DNA of 62,397 bases, filler included, from Rhabdomonas costata (GCA_019059605.1; 26 parts of 26 records of this genome joined end to end with filler, not necessarily neighbours in it); one strand, 5' to 3'; counted from the first letter of the whole stretch, positions 38,077 to 50,486 are shown. The notes: generated by a model from the letters alone, not told the origin. Numbers and translations are program-made.

Positions 38077-38377
38077 TGGGGCAGAAGGGAGGTTACCAGA
38101 TGCGGAACGTTCGGCGGTGAGGTGCTGGCACGGCGACGCCTGTAAATACGGATGCTGCCTGTTCACCCATCCCGGAACCCGTGGGGCTGAAGTTAGGTTA
38201 CCAGATGTGGAACGTTCGGTGGTGACCCCGTTTCGGTTCCCCACAGCACCGTTCGCTCCAACGGCACCTCTCGCGAGCACCCGTGGCCAACAGCGCGTGC
38301 GCCTTCAGTCCACAGTGATCACCAACAACCAGTCAACCAGGCAACAGCCAGCGCGCTATGTGCCCAACACACCCACA
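38077..38377 (+). repeat. Dispersed repeat, copy 2 (intact CCCH zinc finger)
   Basis: Open frame with RCWHGDACKYGCCLFTHP between two ~43-nt direct repeats; homologous to 25388-25780. Confidence 0.88.
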
Positions 38378-39739
38378 NNNNNNNNNNNNNNNNNNNNNNN
38401 NNNNNNNNNNNNNNNNNNNNNTTAATTAATTAANNNNNNNNNNNNNNNNNNNNNNNNNNNNNNNNNNNNNNNNNNNNTGCTGGTTCTGCCTCCGTTCCTT
38501 CTGTCTTCAACCATGCTCTCTGTCTTCGTGTCTGTCTCAACCATGCTCCCTGGTTCCTGTTGGTGTCCTTGTTGCTGTAGAGGGGTTGTGTGCTGATGTC
38601 AAGCTGAGTGTGGTGGTGCCTGCTGTCTCGATGCCTTCTGTGTCTGTCGCGATGCCTTCTGTGTGTACGCCTTCTGTGTCGATGTCTGTACCTTCTGTGT
38701 TTACGTCTCAGCCTTCCTGTCTTACGGTGCCTGTTGTTACGCCTTCCGTCCCTGTTGCTATGCCTTCTGTTACCAGTGCTTGTCTTGTGCTTGTTGTTGC
38801 TGATGGTGGTTGGAGGAGTGCGTGGATTTCTGACGGTGCGTGGAATTCTGGGGTGTGGATTTCTGGGGCCCTGTGTGTAGGATGTGCTGATGTTACCACT
38901 GCTTGTTGAGTGCTTGTGTGTTGGAGTGAAGGGGTGACGTGTGGTGTTCTTGTTTCTGTGGTGGGTTCAGGGTGTAAGTGAGTCGAAGGGTGAGTTAGGG
39001 CGTAAGGTGTCAGGGTGCATGGCTGTAGTAGGGTGTGTTGATGGTGGTATATTTCAGTTTCGAAGGGTGGTGTCATGGTCTCAGGGTTCATGGTTCGAGT
39101 GTTTCAGGCTGTAGGGGTTCATGGTGTCAGGATCACGTTTTTGTTTTTGTGGTAGGGGCTCGTGAGTCAAGGCGTAGTGTGAAGGGTGAGGTAAGGGCTA
39201 AGGGTGTAAGCATCCAACCAGCTGTGAGAGTAAGAGGGTGAAGAGAGTGTAGTGGTTCTGTCTTCTACCTGCGGTGCCAGACCCTCTACTCCTTCTATTG
39301 GCATGCCTCCTACGTCGACATGCCCTCCGATACCCCTTACGTACCCTCTTGGTATTCCTGCATGGCTACGCCCGGACGGAGCATGACCGTAAGCCCCTTA
39401 TGGGGGAGGAGGGCATGCGTAGTGACAGGTGGGGCATTTGGTGTTCTTGCTGGTCGTATGCTCCCGATGGTCGCATACTCCCTAGATGTGGTGGTTCATG
39501 CCCTCCACCGCTATGCGGCTACTGGAATTCACCTCTACTGCCATCCCCGCTCATCACTCGCTATGCTCGTGATGGCGGGTAGGGACGATGAGGATACATT
39601 CTTCTATCCACACTCACTGTGTTCGTTGGGCCCCTTATCTTTGCTGGTCGCACTTGGACTGTCCACTCAATCGTCAGCCCTTCGCTACGATCTTTTCTCT
39701 GATGTGAAGCTCTCTTGTCTTTGTATTGTTTGGTGAATC

Positions 39740-40670
39740 TGGAAGAAAGTCGCAAATCTGAGAATCTACCAAATCTCTTGGATGAGGCATAAAACGTGGG
39801 AGGTATAGCTAACATTATACCTACGATCCTATGTTCTCGCTTCCTGTAGCACTGACGATATCCGCGTAGATACTGACAATCTCGCTGCACTAAAGACATG
39901 CGCAATCTCTCTTTTAGTGGAAGGTCTGCTCTACCTGTTCTCTTGAGAAGACAATTAACTGCGACATCGTTAGCTTTTGGAAGAACATTTGTGTAACTCG
40001 AACGAAGAGTGTCTCTTGGCTTTTGTGCTTCATCACTTTCCTCTGAAGTTAGGTTTAAAACCCCATAATTGTGTTCACATCAATGAACTGTGAAAGTTTA
40101 CTGGATGAACATTTTGTATTTCTGCACCGTGTAATGGAACTTCGGTCAATTACCTCACATGCTTCAGTGGGAGGTCTAATCAATTAAACACAAGTCATTT
40201 GCGTGCGGATACATGCAGAATAGCTCCCGTAAATCAAACGCATTCTAGCGCAAAAACAGACCTATGGCACGCTCCCAAAGCGATAAGTGCTCAATTAGTG
40301 GCCAAAGAATACGGCAGCTTACGCTTCTATATCCCAACTTCTGGCTGGAAGTGATCCGTGTTGCGCGCCTAGGCAGGGAATGATGATGTGTATACATCAA
40401 CGTTCTGAGATGGTTTCCATCTGATGACAACTGCTCTATGAGATGCTTCTTTTCTTGCTCACTGCGCTCAAGAAACATCTCACAGCATTTCATCTTGCAA
40501 CCGCGGCATTGTTTGCATTGGAGCAGCCGTTGCTTGCGCGATGGTCTGAGATAGACGCCAAGTGGTGATGGAAACGGCGGAAGTGGTCCATTCCTTGATG
40601 GCAATTAGTCTTTTCACCAAGTAAGTCGTGTCATCCATAACCCAGTTAAGCCGAGGGCGCTTTTGCAACG
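39740..40670 (-). mobile_element. Possible decayed DDE transposase (CMC/Transib-like C-terminal motif)
   Basis: PKFHYTV..Y.MFI...NYGVLNLTSEESDEAQK with in-frame stops. Confidence 0.3.
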
Positions 40671-41589
40671 AAAATGGGGGAAATGGAAAAAATGGTGAGT
40701 GACCAGATCTCTAATTAGAGCGACGGTGTGGTTTAGTTGTTCCACATTTTCAAAGTAAACAAGAACAAGGACACAAAACANNNNNNNNNNNNNNNNNNNN
40801 NNNNNNNNNNNNNNNNNNNNNNNNTTAATTAATTAANNNNNNNNNNNNNNNNNNNNNNNNNNNNNNNNNNNNNNNNNNNNGTGGTTGGGTTCTGTAGCGT
40901 TGGTGAGTCGGCGAAGCGGGTTCTGTCTCTGTCTCTGGGTTCGTTTTTCTGTCTCTGGGTTCGTGTCTCTGTCTCTGGTTCGTGCTCGAGGGTTCTGTGT
41001 GTGTGCTTGTGCTTCGTTTGTGCTTACCCATTTCTCTCGTTGTGTGGCGTTCCTCCTCTTTGTATGCGTTCTTTCGATCACGGTTCACACTCGACAATCA
41101 CTCGCGATGCTCGTTCATGTCTCCTGTTCACTACGTAAGTGTATTCGTGTCGTCGTCATGCTCGGTACCTCGCATGCCTCCTCCGCATGCCTCCTCCTTC
41201 GTTCCACCGCTACGCGGTTCCCTCAGGATTAGGGTCGCGAGCTCCATCCTGTTGAGTGGGCTCGCCCGAGGCGGTAAGGAGGAAGGTGGGGTCGCTGAGG
41301 TGTGGGGATGGATCGCGTCATAATGTGGTTATCTGCAAACCGTTGCGCAGTTTAAATGGGTGGAATAAACACAAACCTTCATCGGGCACAGACGGGTTGC
41401 CAATAGTTCTGAAACAATAAATATGTTTTCAAAATATAAATGGGGTTAAACGGATTCAAATGGAGCGGGCACAGAATTTTGAACCAAAACGCCCTTGGAG
41501 CTTGATTTTTAAAATAGATTTAAATGCAATCAAATGGAATGTGGTTAGTCACAGTCAGACACAACTGCCCCTAATCAAAGAATTTTGGA

Positions 41590-42700
41590 CCACCGTGGGT
41601 CATCAGCAAGTGAGAACGCGCCACAGCCCTACGAAGGGCCACATCCACACTTTGCGAGCATTCACGCTGAGGCTGCCCTGGAAAGCTGCTCTCACTGTCG
41701 CCGGGGAAATGCATTGCGTAGCGACAGAACAGCTGCACCATAAGTCGCTCACCTTCTGGGCCGTAAGCTCCGAAGGTGTCGGTATAGACGACAGCATTGA
41801 ACCAATTATTTGTTTTTCTTTTTCGTTTGACAAACTCAAGTGACCGCGAGAGCCGAAGCAGGCGGCAGAAGGAGGCAAAAAAAGAGGGGAGAGGGAAGGG
41901 GTTCCTCAGGCCGTTCATGGTGGTGGTGATGCTCTTGGAGTCACCCTTCACCGCCACCACCCTTTTGTGCAGTACGGAGGAGGGCGGGTCTTTGATTAGT
42001 ATGTTTTTGAAATTGTTTGGAAAGTTGTTTCCCTTGGGAAACATCACTGCACTGCGGCGCAGGCACAGGAGGAGTTCGTTGCAGGGAAAAACTTAACAAC
42101 ACAAACAAAGACAATACAACACAAAATCGTCGGTCCTGGGCGGTGCTGGAAGGCGGGGCTGGGAGGTGGTGCTCGCCTTCTTGGGACCTGCTGGTTTGCT
42201 CTTTTTTTTTGGGGGGGGACTTGTTTCATCTGCGCCTGTTTGCTTTCTTCACAGGTTCGATTCATGCGCCTAGTTCCACCCAACTGTTTGTTCCGTTTGG
42301 TTCGTTCCCTGACGTTTTTTCAATCCTCCTGGGTGGGGGCAACAGGAGGGCTCTTCCGTTCAGGAGGGAGAAAGAGAAGAAGGGCGGAAGCCCAGACGGC
42401 AAGCGACTGCGCGAGCGACCCGGAATGACAGGTGCCGACTGAGGCAGAGAGCTCTCAGAAGTGCAGTCCCGTTGACATGCTTATCTGAGACCCGAGACCA
42501 ACGCTTTATTTACAGCAAAGGAGCTCTTGCTCCAGACACCGCTACATTGTCGGAGGTGATGTCTGGGATTGCACCTGAGAGGCGTGCCAAAGAAAAGGAA
42601 AGTGAGTCCTGGGAGGTGTGCCGAGCGGAGCAGGTCCACCAGTACTTCTGTGCGTGGTGGCCAAGCAGGTGGGCTTTGCCACCGTGGTCCCCCTCGCTGA
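41590..42700 (-). mobile_element. Decayed CRE-clade non-LTR retrotransposon, 3' part (restriction-like endonuclease)
   Basis: SFRVARAVACRLG, PRTDDFVL, VYTDTFGAYGPEGERLM...QSVDVALRRAVAR in the expected order. Confidence 0.65.
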
Positions 42701-43507
42701 GAGGCATTTCCAGGCTCCTCTCTCACTTCGTGGCACGGGCAGTGGCCCAACACTTCCTTTAGAGGTTCAGTTTTGGAGGTTCAGTGGTCCCCAGCCCTGT
42801 CTCCCTTCTCAGTGAGGAGTGACGTGACTACCTCCCCTCCCCCCTTCGGTGTTCTTTGGTGTCTAATGCAGTTCAATTTGGGTCTTGTTCCTGTTCCAAC
42901 GCTTTCCCAGTGGTCATACAAAAATGAAGGTCTCACTCGACCAACACTCCCGTCAAATTCTTCCCACTGATCCCTTGGCCCACCTTCCACCTGCTTTGCT
43001 GCCTTCCATTTTCCTTTGCCGAGTCGCCCTTGCCGAGTTTCCACTAATCTTTGTCTCCTTACTGCTTTTTCCCAGCCACTTCCTTTCCTGTAAACTGCGA
43101 ATAATGCTAACGTGATGTTTCGCCAAAGAACACCCTTGCATACCGTGATCCCCCCACACACACCAAACACACCCACANNNNNNNNNNNNNNNNNNNNNNN
43201 NNNNNNNNNNNNNNNNNNNNNTTAATTAATTAANNNNNNNNNNNNNNNNNNNNNNNNNNNNNNNNNNNNNNNNNNNNGGGGTTGTGTGTGTGTATCGCTT
43301 GAGAAGACGAAGACAGTTTCTACGGTGTAATCTGACGTTCCACGTTTCCCGTCCACGCAGCCTTTCGGGTGTTTCTCACAGCCGTTTTATGTCTTCGCGT
43401 TCTCAAGCGATACACACACACACGCAAACCTCCCGGCCCTCCCCACGTAATTTGAGCGGAATTTAGAAGCGGGCAGTTGTGTGGCAGTGCGACATTTTCC
43501 GCTGCAG

Positions 43508-43663
43508 TTGGTTCAATATTGGCAGACCCTTCATTTGATGGTCAATTGATGATCGAAAGAAGTGCCCAGACATTGCTGCAAAGATTGACGCAAGTTTTGA
43601 AATTTATGGAGGACTGCTCGACCGTCGATTTGATGTTGTACGACTGTCTAACGCGCTTACACG
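43508..43663 (+). CDS. Probable internal exon of an unknown gene
   Basis: AG/GT flanks, phase 1-1, GSILADPSFDGQLMIERSAQTLLQRLTQVLKF. Confidence 0.35.
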
Positions 43664-43899
43664 GTCGTCTGATCAGCAGAGGAGGACCGCACAGGGTGCT
43701 TCACTCAGCTGAGCCTCCCCACAACCATTAGGCTGGCGTTGTCGTGGATGTGCACTGGGATGGTCCATTGCTGAAACAGAGATGGACACGAGCAGAAATA
43801 CGATTAGCGGAAACCATATAATTCCCCCAAACCCAACAGTTGACTTAGCAGACCAGGCTCAGCTGTGTGTTAGGACCCCATCTATGTGCGAGCGGCGGC

Positions 43900-44545
43900 A
43901 GAGACACACCACCGGGCTCGAAGGGTTGCTGATCCAGGGCTGCCCTGAGAGAGCTGTGTGGGAGCTATCAAATTGCCCAGGTTATCCGCTCTCTTAAGTT
44001 CCGGAGGGAGCGTACGGGTTGTCCGTACACGCGGTCCTTCAGGTGATTCCAGAGAAAGAAATGCAAAGGAGAGAGGTCCGTTGACCGAGGTGGCCACGGG
44101 ACATCTCCCCCTTTGAAGATCACTTTCCCTGGGAACGCTCCAGCATGAAAGTCCGTCTGGTGGTGTGGGGTGAGGCGCCGTCTTGCTGTAACCAGAGCCC
44201 AGATATCGTGCAATGCCGGAGCTCTGGGAGAGCATATCTTTTCCAGCATTGCCCGGTACCTGACCCCTGTCACCGTCTGGATCACACTCCTGGTGCGACG
44301 CCAGGGCCAAGGACCCCTCGTGAAGAGAACCCACACCGCACCGTAGGATGTGGTGCTTGTGTGTCTCGCTCCACGAAGGCGTGAGGATTCACCCGCCCCC
44401 ACACCGGGCAGTTCTGCTTGTTCACCAGCCCATTTAAATAAAATGAGCTTCATCAGTGAACAACACAGACCGCCGGAAGCGGCGATTCCTTCACTGACTC
44501 AGCGGCCACGGTCAAAAGCGCTGCCGCTTAGTTTTATCTCCTCGC
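43900..44545 (-). mobile_element. Tc1/mariner transposase pseudogene, rosa (DD41D)-like
   Basis: Across frameshifts: LFTDEAHF/LNGLVNKQNCPVWG, WLQQDGASPHT, WPPRSTDLSPLHFFLWNHLKDRVY. Confidence 0.9.
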
Positions 44546-44559
44546 TTCAGCCGTTGTGA

Positions 44560-44960
44560 CAGTTGAAGGTCATAGGGGAACAGGCGCTGATGGCGAAAGT
44601 AAGTACCGAGAAACTATGGGTGGCTGACCCCACCACTTCTTGCCAAGCCATGGATGGAGCACCAAGGGTTCCTGGCGCGTCGTATGGCTGGAGTGCGCAG
44701 GTAGCGTACACGGGGCTGGGCTTGCCCAGGGAGGCCCCCTGCGGTCCCGGGCCCATCGCGCTAAAGTACTGGCGGGTGGGGAGGTTACGGGAGCCCCACT
44801 CCCAGCCTAAGGGCTCTCAACGCAGCCCCGGTGCTGCCCTTTGTGCTCTGTCTTGCACTCCAATTTATATTTTCTATCTTTTGTTTCTCCCCAGCCGTTC
44901 CGTTGCCCAACCCATTTCCACCCTCCGGTTCCTCGTTCCAGGTTTTTTTTCTGTGCAAAG
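44560..44960 (+). mobile_element. Possible 3' end of a second RLE-type non-LTR element
   Basis: ADGESKYRE...HFLP..WSTKGSW (K..KY...F.P.....G.W pattern) then pyrimidine-rich tail; begins where the mariner fragment ends. Confidence 0.3.
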
Positions 44961-45751
44961 TGTGCAAAGCTAATGGCTCAGCCTACAGGGGCAAAGCGGC
45001 CCCCCATTAAATCCCGCAAATGCAAGGCGCCACCTGGGGCGGCAGGACTTCGGATCGCGCCAGTCACCGTGGAAGCAAAATTGGCGCCTCCGGGAGTGCT
45101 TATGTATGTATCTTGCCCCGCCGCCCTTCTTCGCTGTCCTTACTACTCCCATGTCCTTTAATTTCTTGCCCGCTTTCCCCATTGGTGCACCCCTCTTGCT
45201 CTCTTGTAATTTACTTTCTTTTCTGCATGATTCTTTCTATTTTATGTTGACTATTCTTCGGCTTCTGCTCTTTCTGCAATTTATTGTTGCAGTCTGTCGT
45301 GCTGCTTCTGATTTTGCAGTGAATGTATGTTGACAGCACTGCACCGGACGGGGGGGGGGTCCTGGAGCGGAAGCAGGGACTGGTTGCCTCGAACAGCAGA
45401 TATGCTGGATAATCTTATTATAAAAAACACAACATCACCGGAGTTCAGGAGTTCGGCAACAAACAAACAGTACAAGGAGGAACGAAAAGGTGGGAAGGGG
45501 AAACAAAACGGTTTGTTTTGATTTGGTAGCGCGCAGGGGAGGAGGGCAGATGAGGGCAGGGAGCAGAGGACACAAAAACNNNNNNNNNNNNNNNNNNNNN
45601 NNNNNNNNNNNNNNNNNNNNNNNTTAATTAATTAANNNNNNNNNNNNNNNNNNNNNNNNNNNNNNNNNNNNNNNNNNNNCCCATGGAGAGGGATAACCCT
45701 TTGGCTGCGGGGGTGGAAGGGGAAGGGAGGGGGGTGCAATCACTCGCTCAG

Positions 45752-46477
45752 CTGACGGATGATAAGCTGCGGGCTGTGATTGGGACGGAGGTCACCGTCA
45801 CGCTGAGCTGTCCCACTGTGGTGCTGTCCTGCCAGGGTGCGTGCTTGGTTGTGCGTGCGTGTGTGTGCGCACACACAGAGGAATTGCTCTTTTGTCGTTC
45901 TGAGGGGGGCAGTCCTCCAGCAGCACCCATCTGTCCTCATCTTCGGGCACTAACCATCAGGGATCACCCGCAGTAACAGAGCCTGAGGTAACTTCTTTCT
46001 GGCGCCTTATCCTCAAGGCCAAACTTGAGACACGCGACTTTGTTCTGCAGCGAGGCATCACGTTTCAGGATGCTCACGTGAAGGACCTTGCCACCGTCGA
46101 CCCAACCCCGTTTTCTCAACGTATCATCATCTACGAGGTGATGGTGCAGTTCTGCCCCCTGAGGGCTCGAGCATTCATTATTATCATTAGCGCAGGCGCA
46201 ATACAAGCAAAACGCACATTGATGCCGCGAATCCTGAAATCCCTCGTAGAACCTGCTGTGTTTGGCTCCCTTTGCTTTTGTATGGCATTGCGGCCGCTTG
46301 AGTGAAGATCTGCCCCCCTCTGCGATTCCCTCTGTTCTTTTGGGTATAGGAGCCCCTGCGGAGGCGGAAAAGCTGTGCGGGGCTCTCCGTGAGCGCCTCC
46401 TCACCGCCCTGAGCTCGCCTGCCATCGATGCTGTGCTGTCCATGGCCACGGCACTGGAGCAGAGCCCCGGAAACTGA
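45752..46477 (+). CDS. Hypothetical protein, terminal exons (~45752-45836, 46051-46137, 46350-46477); reading frames uncertain
   Basis: AG/GT-flanked coding-like blocks ending ...RERLLTALSSPAIDAVLSMATALEQSPGN*. Confidence 0.4.
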
Positions 46478-48164
46478 AACCGAAGCGCATCTCCAGAGAA
46501 AAGGGAGGAGCCCAAGTCCGGTGCGTCGTCTGCTCTCTTTCGCCGGCAGATGAGGTCATGTGAGGAATCCTTCACACACAGTGCTCACTCAATTTACCGT
46601 CCACTTCGCTTTTGAAGAGCTTTCCTATTCCATTTTCAGGGAAACCTTACTACAAATGGGATCACTTACATGCATGTTTTTATGGTACTCAATGAGAAAG
46701 GCTTGTAATGCAATGTGTTTGGAAGTCAAAAACTATGGTTTCTCGCACAGTTTTGTTGCATGCGTTAACCAGAGGATGCTGCGTTCCTCCCTGTTCACAC
46801 ATTCCCAGCTCACAGACCCTGCTTTGTGTGCATGTGGGGAGCTCCCTCTCCCTCTTTTAGATCTGGTCTTCCGTCCCCGCCGTTTGTTGTGCTGCTCGCC
46901 CGTCCCCACGAATAGCACTTGGGATCACGAGACTTAAGCGCGTGCGTTTCTCTCGCTCTCTTCGCAAACGAACACTGTACATGTGAATGTTGAGCAAAGG
47001 GCTGTCCAGGCCCCCTGCGTGCATTTCATCAGGCCGGAACACAACACACACATCCATTACACACACTGTCTGGGTCAGCCAGGTTGTTGGGGGTCGCGAA
47101 AACTTCGCTCGCAAAACGTACGAATTGTTCTGTACGAATTGTTGTAGCGGCTGCGGGTGATGTTTAGTAGTATGTCTTGAGATGCGGTGGTTTACGGCAA
47201 ACACACAAAAATGCTATTTTAGCTGTTTCTATGGTACTTCTGTGTGTGTCTCTTTGAGACCATTTCTGTCTCGGAGTGGGCACAAATTTCGAAGGCAGAG
47301 GCCATCATCTCGATGGGGCCTGAGAAAGCCGCTGAGGATGGAACGCGGCCAGTGGCGTATATGGCTGAAATGTATGAATCTAATCTTGTCACACACCCCT
47401 TCCGACTTTGGTCTCTCACTTTTCTGTTTGTCTCCTCCTTCTCCTCCACACACAAGTTGACCACATCCTTTAAAGGGAGTAGGTTCCTGCTCGGGTGAGG
47501 AAAACGGTCCGATTGATAGTATCTCGTTCTCCGCAAAATCTGGTTGTAGTTGCGAAGCCTGACTTGGCACCCCTTTTTGTTAAAAGCACTTTCGTTCAAC
47601 GTGAAATAGGTGAGCGAAGGAACAGGAATACAACATTGCGACAAGAAACGCAATTGAAACAATGCAAACGGGTATCGAAACGTAAGGAATATCTGGTTGT
47701 GGTTGGAAACAACATGTTGAACATTTACACGTCCCATCGCGATCCCATCGCATGACGATGAGCTCGCATCTCTTCCACCCCGTCAAGGACGAAAAGCTGC
47801 CGATACTTCTTTGTCTCTCGGTCTACTTTTTCATTCCTCTTCTCCAAGCATCTCGGGAAAAGACTCCCGGAATCCGACGAAACCGAAAAACTCACTGCAA
47901 TTTGTACACTCCTCAGAACATGGGAAGTTACGTTGCTTCCTCCACTCCCCCCTTTCGAGTGACTTTTTTTGCCGAGCCTTTTNNNNNNNNNNNNNNNNNN
48001 NNNNNNNNNNNNNNNNNNNNNNNNNNTTAATTAATTAANNNNNNNNNNNNNNNNNNNNNNNNNNNNNNNNNNNNNNNNNNNNGTGGTGGGTGTGTGTGGG
48101 TGTGGTGTTATACGCTCTGAACGCCGATCGAGCTTTTGTCCTTCCCACGCCTGTTTTGGGCCAG

Positions 48165-49922
48165 GTCTTCGACGAGAGTCTTCGGCGCAGGAAAGACGTC
48201 CGAATGCAGCAGAGCGAGGTCAAGGATGACGAAGATGAGGTCACTCATATCCCAACTGTGGCTTCTACCATCCATTCCCTCCCCGCTCGCATCCCCGTGA
48301 ACTGCCATCAGACCTATCCAACTAGAGGCTTTCAGGGCTTGTATTGAAGAGATCGATTCACGCAACGCAAGGACAGCGCACACACGCAGGCTTAATGAGC
48401 ATCCTGCCAGGACCCACAATAGAGACATGTACAAACTTATACAAACTTATACACTTTCCCAAACCAAAAATTAGCAACCACAATTATAAAACCAAAACAA
48501 AGTGTGTCGGCGTTTGTCGGGCCTTCACAATAACCGTTGCCTCGTGCACTGAGGATGCGGTCCGGTCTATGGGGGGGGGGCATTAAACTTTATAACAGCG
48601 TTATACGGTATAAAGTTGTTATGCGGTCATGGGGCGGTGTTTGAATTAACCGTTGTTGGCCACTCCGCTGTCCTTCACGTTGTTCAGTATTGGTGGTTGA
48701 AATTCGCGCCTTGCTGGGCTTTAGTCACCAAAAGGGATTCGATTAGTTTAGGGCGGAGGCCACGGCACTGCCGGAGCAGGCGGCGGAGGCCCGGACGTTG
48801 CGTAGAGGTATACTTCAGTACTTCGTGGCGATACACGTCAAACCGAAGTATGTACACTAGTGTGTCTATGTGGGCCGGGGCCCCTTTCGTCTTTTGTTGT
48901 ATAACGGCGATATAGCGTATTACGGTGTTATGCCGTTTAACACCCCCCCCCCAAAAAAAAATGGACCGGACCCTTGAGGATGGCTCTGCTTGATTTTTAT
49001 TTTTTGCGGTGCGTGGGTGGGAAGGTGGACAAGCTGGAGGCCGAGAACGAGGGGGAGGAGGAGCTTCTGGTGGAGGCCGTAGAGGCGGTCGGGGTGCTGC
49101 TGAAGACCCACCGGGCGTTCATCCCGCTGTTCATGGGCACGTTCTACCCGATGTGGGTGGATCTGCTGGACGAGAGGAAGGGCTACGGCGCGGTGGAGCA
49201 CCGCCTGGCCCTGTGCGCCTTCGACGACTTCGTCGAGCATGGTGCGCAATGCAGCCCCGCAAAATGGGCATTATTCGGAACAATTGAACAATTGAACAGA
49301 CTTCCATTATTTTCGGACAGTTAGAAGCTCCTCGATTCGAAGCGCCCGGTGTCCCTCCCCACCACCGGCGGGTTTGGCTTACATCTTGTTGCCTGTAGAA
49401 AGAGCACTGCAGTCTGGTACACCGTTCCCCCCTTCCGCATTACATGCCGCGCCCGTCTCCAGCAAAAATTTTGAATGTTCGTCTGTTTGGTTTTGTACTT
49501 CTTTGTGTAGTGTTTTTCAAGTCGGACCGGAGTCGAAAAGAACTCAGAGTGAAGAGGAAGAACGATGACCAAACCGCTCTCCCTAACACCCGCAGTTTCT
49601 CACTGTTGTTACGCTCTGAAGATGTGTTAATGTGGTCATTGTTGGGGCTTGCCGTGAGAAGGGTATGGCTGCGGTTGCTCAGAGTTGCGTGAAGGGTTAC
49701 TCTCACTCCTTTTAGGATATGGGGGGCTGATGGTGTTCGGGCACAGGGTACCTTCTCAGCCCAGAAACCGTGGCGCCGTATATTCAGCCCATTGTGGGGT
49801 ACCTCCTGAAGTTCTCCGCCGCTGAGGACGCTGACGAGGTGCAAGCATCGGTGTTCGGCCTGGGCATCTGCGCGCAGTACGGAGGCGCCGCCTTCGCCCA
49901 GGAAAGCACCCTCCTCCGCCTC
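48165..49922 (+). CDS. IPO5: Importin-5 / karyopherin beta-3; exons 48165-48239, 49025-49241, 49747-49901 (or -49922)
   Basis: ENEGEEELL...VGVLLKTH...LALCAFDDFVEHG...EVQASVFGLGICAQYGG. Confidence 0.88.
48571..48952. mobile_element. MITE-like element with ~50-bp imperfect TIRs ending in G/C runs
   Basis: G-run CATTAAACTTTATAACAGCGTTATACG versus right-end reverse complement G-run TGTTAAACGGCATAACACCGTAATACG; inside an importin intron. Confidence 0.7.
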
Positions 49923-50486
49923 GTCGCCCTATGAGGGGGGTGGGTTAGACATGCCGTCTGTGTCCAACGAACTGCAGAGCAGTTAGCGCAACAGTGGGAA
50001 CTCTGCAAAATCCTCGAGTCGAATCGATGAGAGCTGTTTTGTGATTTCGACCACGGATCCAAGCCCCTGGCATATCTCACTCCAGAAATGCATTTTGTCG
50101 ATCTCCCACCGATCGTATTGTTGAGTGGTGTGGGACGAGAGGTAAGGGGTGGAGTGTCGGTTTCTTTCAAGCCCACAGAAAAAGAAGAGCGAGGTTGAGA
50201 GCGAGAGAGAGTCAAGCCCGAGGTCGAAGCTGAGGAGGCGTGCATTTCGGAAGATGGCCCGTTGCCCAGATATCAGTCCTGCGTTTTGCCATAGTCTACC
50301 TGCGTACCCCTACACCCGGAACCCCTCAAGGCTCCAAGGCCCAGCTATGTGTGGGACCCCCACACACATGTAGGGGTGGGCACCCCNNNNNNNNNNNNNN
50401 NNNNNNNNNNNNNNNNNNNNNNNNNNNNNNTTAATTAATTAANNNNNNNNNNNNNNNNNNNNNNNNNNNNNNNNNNNNNNNNNNNN

